DNA of 64,000 nt from Eledone cirrhosa. Its lineage: Eukaryota. The notes beneath the pieces are model-generated. The model made no database searches and had not been told where the DNA came from. It saw nothing but the letters and a program-made list of their open reading frames with translations. The stretch is taken from assembly GCA_964016885.1 (NCBI GenBank), contig OZ024743.1, positions 371,380,001 to 371,444,000 on the forward strand, given 5' to 3'. Shown here one piece after another: positions 60,278 to 64,000 of this stretch (the first letter of the stretch is position 1; each line of letters begins with the position of its first letter). The translations under genes were made by a program, and so were the position numbers.

Positions 60278-60933
60278 TGTGTATACTGATGTAAAAGCAA
60301 AGGGCAAAGAAAGGACAACTCTGCACTTGTCACCGAGACAAAAGTGAAAATTCAGGCCAAGAAAAAATATAATCCGAGTGAAAGACAGAAAAAGAAAAAT
60401 ATATCAAAAACAATGTTGGAGGGGAAAACGTCAAGCTTTAAAAAAAAAAATTATGATTTATCTTTGTCCTATTATTTTATTTTTTTTTTTTTTTTCTTTT
60501 TGTGTACTTTTCAAAATGGCGTTGCCTCCGTCATTTTGGCGGGAAAACAGCTGAAGAAGACGGAAGTCGGCCATCTTGCTCTGACTGGGATCGGCGCCAA
60601 CAGTTTTTTTTTTTTTTGTTTTTTTTATAGCGTCGCCCAATCAGAAATTGAGAGGAAAAAATAAGATTTTTGTATTAACGCATGTGTTCGGTGATGTTAG
60701 AAAGTGAAGGTGTGATGTGCAGATTTAGTAACAATAAGACAATATATCAAATACATATTAGGACTCAAGCTAATCGCGTACATACCCCGAAAAAAGGCGA
60801 GTGGCTTTGTTTTTTTTTGGGGGGGGGGATGCGAAATGTTGATGTGTTCGTTGCAACGGAAAGATGTGGTTTCTTCTGTGTTGATGTCCTTAAACGTTCG
60901 GGTCACCATTTATAATGCGATTTGTTGTATCGT

Positions 60934-60951
60934 ATCACGTCGGGGTCACCA
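60934..60951 (-). promoter_or_regulatory. Primer-binding site complementary to the tRNA-Trp 3' end
   Basis: TGGTGACCCCGACGTGAT, 2 nt from the LTR; complement of ...ATCACGTCGGGGTCACCA. Confidence 0.9.
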
Positions 60952-60953
60952 TT

Positions 60954-61355
60954 TATAACGGGTTTTAGGGTCAATTCTTGGTATACATAATAGAAATCAG
61001 AAGGCATTTAGAACATTGACTAAATCCATTATCGATGTTGTAACTCTATTTATTAGTTGTACATGTTGAACGGATACATTAGGTACAGGTAGTATCTACA
61101 TGTGTAGGATGTAGTTTGGTCCGCTTCATTGCAAGATGGAGATGTTGTTAGCAGCGATGAGTGTAGCCTGGTCTTGTCGATAAGAGAGGTGCGTGTAGAC
61201 TAATGTCTCTCTTGGTCACCTCCGCTCACCTGGTGACGTAGTTCTGGACAGTCCAATTAGTGCACCGAAGGTTTCGATTGGCTCACACTTCAGCCAACTT
61301 ACCTCCGTAATACCATTCCGCCGCAGAAGGAAAATACATTTCATTCACTGCTACA
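60954..61355 (-). repeat. 5' LTR
   Basis: Identical to 56000-56401. Confidence 0.95.
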
Positions 61356-61548
61356 TTTGTAGCAGCGCAAAGCAATCCTCGGATAGACGACAGAGCGATT
61401 GGAATCATGTTACTCCATTCATTTTTATTGAGATTATTTGTCTTCAATGACAGACTTATCGCTTTGCATATTATGTCGTTAGTTTGGGGTCGATATGGCG
61501 TGGTGTGGCTTTTTATAATGTTATTACTTTATAAGAAATCTTTGAGTT

Positions 61549-62033
61549 TGTAGTGACTTACATTCCGCGGGCTCACGTACATTCTCCGTGCGTGATTTGG
61601 CTCAGCTCAGCCAATCAGTGGCAGCAGAAGAGAATGTATCCCTACGCGCCCTGAGGGAGAAATTCCCCGCAAGTATTTGAAGAATCTCTCTCTCGCAACC
61701 TGAACATGGTAATGTAAAGACCTCTTGGTCTCTTGTTGCTTCAACGCCAAAGGACCGACACGTACAATATGTAACGGTGAGATTTGCACTTTGGCCTGCC
61801 AGCCTGGCACAATCCTTTTGTAACCTTTTTTATGTTTAACTTCAACCATACAAATTAACAAACAAAATTAAATATACATTTCATTTCACGAACAATTTTC
61901 TTGTTGGGGTTATAACAATTACATTATTTCCTCAAACAACTACATTACTACATCTAAATAACTGCTAAACGGTGATTAATAAAACTGCTACAATCCAACA
62001 TGTTTGTCACACACCACATCAATTCTTGTTATA
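61549..62033 (+). mobile_element. Solo LTR inserted in the older Gypsy integrase
   Basis: TGTAG...GTTATA termini; AATAAA at about 61978; flanks AGTT/AGAT (4-bp TSD, 1 mismatch); removing it restores GHQFESQ(K/N)LKDFL. Confidence 0.75.
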
Positions 62034-64000
62034 AGATTTTGTGATTCAAATTGATGCCCCCTGTCTATGAATCTAACTGGGTTTTCCAAATATAGAGAAT
62101 ATCTCCAATAGATGTTTAATTACTACGTCCGTTGTTATCTCTTTACAGGGAATGGCGAATGGAAAACGTTAGTACTCGTCAACTATAGTCAATATAAATC
62201 GAAAACCGTTTGAGATAGCCATGGGACCCACAAAGTCCATTGATAGTCTTTCCCAGGGTCTTGTGGCATGTATTAATCTTCCTTTGGGTGGTTTATAGAA
62301 TTGTGGTTTACATTCACGGCATATTTTGCAATTGGCGATAACTTCTCTTATTTCATTAATAGAATATGCCAAGTTCATTGATTTACAATAGTGTAGAAGT
62401 TTGGTGACCCCATTTGTGTTCCGTCTTAGTAGAGCAGCAGTGTGATAGGGCGTCTGCGGCTTGGTTTAATGAACCAGGTCTATATGAGAAGGTAAGGTTA
62501 AGATCGCTTAACTCTAGTCGCCAGCGGGCTACCTTCTCGTTTTTAATCTTGGAAGTGTGTTTTTTGTTGAACGCAAATGCAACCGATCGTTGGTCTATTA
62601 TGATATTACAATGTGGAACAGCGCTGATCATATGCCTCCATTTTCTACAACATTCTATAATTGCGCAAGCTTGCTTTTCGATGATGGAATGTCCTCTTTC
62701 TGACTTATTTAGGGTTCTACTAAGAAAAGCAATTGGACGACCATTTTGTGATAGAGTTCCGCTAATGGCAATATTTGATGCGTCGGTTTCGATTGTAAAT
62801 AGTGCAATGAAATCGGATGAACACAGTGATGCCTTTATGAGTTCTTTCTTCATCTTATTAATAGTAGATTTTTCTTCGTTTGATAGACCTTGTTTATCAA
62901 TGGTGTTTCTTGCCTTTGTAAGAACGACTGAGAGGTTAGAAGAGCCCTTAATCCATTTAGCATAGTATGCAAAAAGACCGATTACCCGGTTCAACTCTTT
63001 TAACGTCTTTGGGAACGGCATGTCAATAAGGGCTGTATACCTTTCAGGGTCCGGTCTTAATTTACCTTTTTCTATGACATGTCCAAGGAAATGTATTCTA
63101 TTTTGATTAAAGCTGCATTTGTCTCGATTCAATTGCATATCTGCATTGTTAGCTGCATTCATGAATTGCTTTAGGTTATGGTTATGTTCTTCGACTGTGT
63201 CTCCTCCTATAATAATGTCGTGAAGGTATGAGTAGGCATTTTATAAGTTGTAATTGTCTATGAAAGTATCTATTATTCGTTGGAAAATTGGAACAGCATT
63301 TGTGCATCCAAACGGAAGACGGGTAAATTCATAGTCGGCCACAGGCCTCGAATGCAGTCAACTTAAAGTCGGAAGATTTGATGGGTATTTGGTGATAAGC
63401 CGCCTTTAGATCTATTTTCGAGAAATACGTGTTTTGAAATTTTGTTGAGTAGGTCTTCGATTATGGCATTAGGGTATGAATCTAATGGTGTGTAACGATT
63501 TATAGTGCCCGAGTAGTCTATGACAAGACGTTTTTTGTTTTCCTGATCAATTACGAAGCACTGCGCTCTCCATGGGCTTCTGCTCCGTTGAATTATTCCA
63601 GCTTTAAGCATTCTGTCGATTTCCATTTTAATGAATTGTTGGTCTTTATTGTATTTTTGAGGAGGTATAGATAATGGTTTTAATTTTGTAGTATCGATAC
63701 CAGGCATTAAATCATATTCTTCACAATTCAGAGTTTGCATTGACGTATATATCGTGACTGGTATCATGTCGCCCGTATATTTTATTGTTAAAGACTTATG
63801 CCTTTTAAGTATATCAAGACCCATAACTACTGGAGCAAAGAGTTTGTCAACCACCATTAGATCGATGTGGTATACTCGACCCTCCCATTCTAATGTTTCA
63901 AACGTACCTCGTATTATGAGTTTACTGTTGTCGGCTAAAATTACACTCTTATTCTTAGTTTTCTTGAATTTACTTTGCTATTTTGACAAGAGGTTCATGT

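Larger units (their letters stand above)
56000..61355 (-). mobile_element. Young CsRn1-clade Gypsy retrotransposon
   Basis: 402-bp LTRs identical by eye (56000-56401, 60954-61355); 4-bp TSD TTTG; tRNA-Trp PBS; PPT AAGCAGGGGGTGA; gag CHCC motif [18 protein letters not shown]. Confidence 0.96.
55277..64000 (-). mobile_element. Older Gypsy element (protease, RT, RNase H, integrase; 5' end beyond the window) hosting two LTR insertions
   Basis: SPWRAQ, RLPFGCTNA, YLHD, ETDAS..A, WERLSMDFVGP, IVDEY; integrase LLCAAT|NATPHERVF is continuous across 61356/55999; PPT AGAGGGAAAGAA at 55468-55479; 3' LTR about 55277-55467. Confidence 0.88.

Overview
Eukaryotic, AT-rich, repeat-dominated animal genomic DNA. 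It is most likely a coleoid cephalopod (Octopus-like); this is inferred from the (GAT)n-tailed RTE LINEs, CORE/Nin-type tRNA-SINEs and microsatellite load, not from a database search. Two spliced host genes lie head-to-head: a FAM114A-family gene on the minus strand (three coding exons visible, 8833->3746, running off the left edge) and a complete six-exon ZMAT2/Snu23 gene on the plus strand (17677-40854, 197 aa). Most of the rest is nested mobile DNA. (1) Many RTE-clade LINEs whose ORF carries a PHD-type Cys/His finger inside the RT C-terminal region. One copy is intact (1039 aa) with an exact 1.62-kb internal tandem duplication; another is broken only by a single TGG->TGA. (2) Three Gypsy LTR elements and two solo LTRs, including a very young CsRn1-type element with identical LTRs, a doubled tRNA-Trp PBS and a -1 frameshift pseudoknot. 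(3) A Penelope-like element whose inverted pLTRs carry a variant (U3-A8) hammerhead ribozyme. (4) Helitron relics, one carrying a palindromic 27-bp satellite. (5) A mariner relic, plus L1/Tx1, BovB-like and CRE-like fragments and SINEs.
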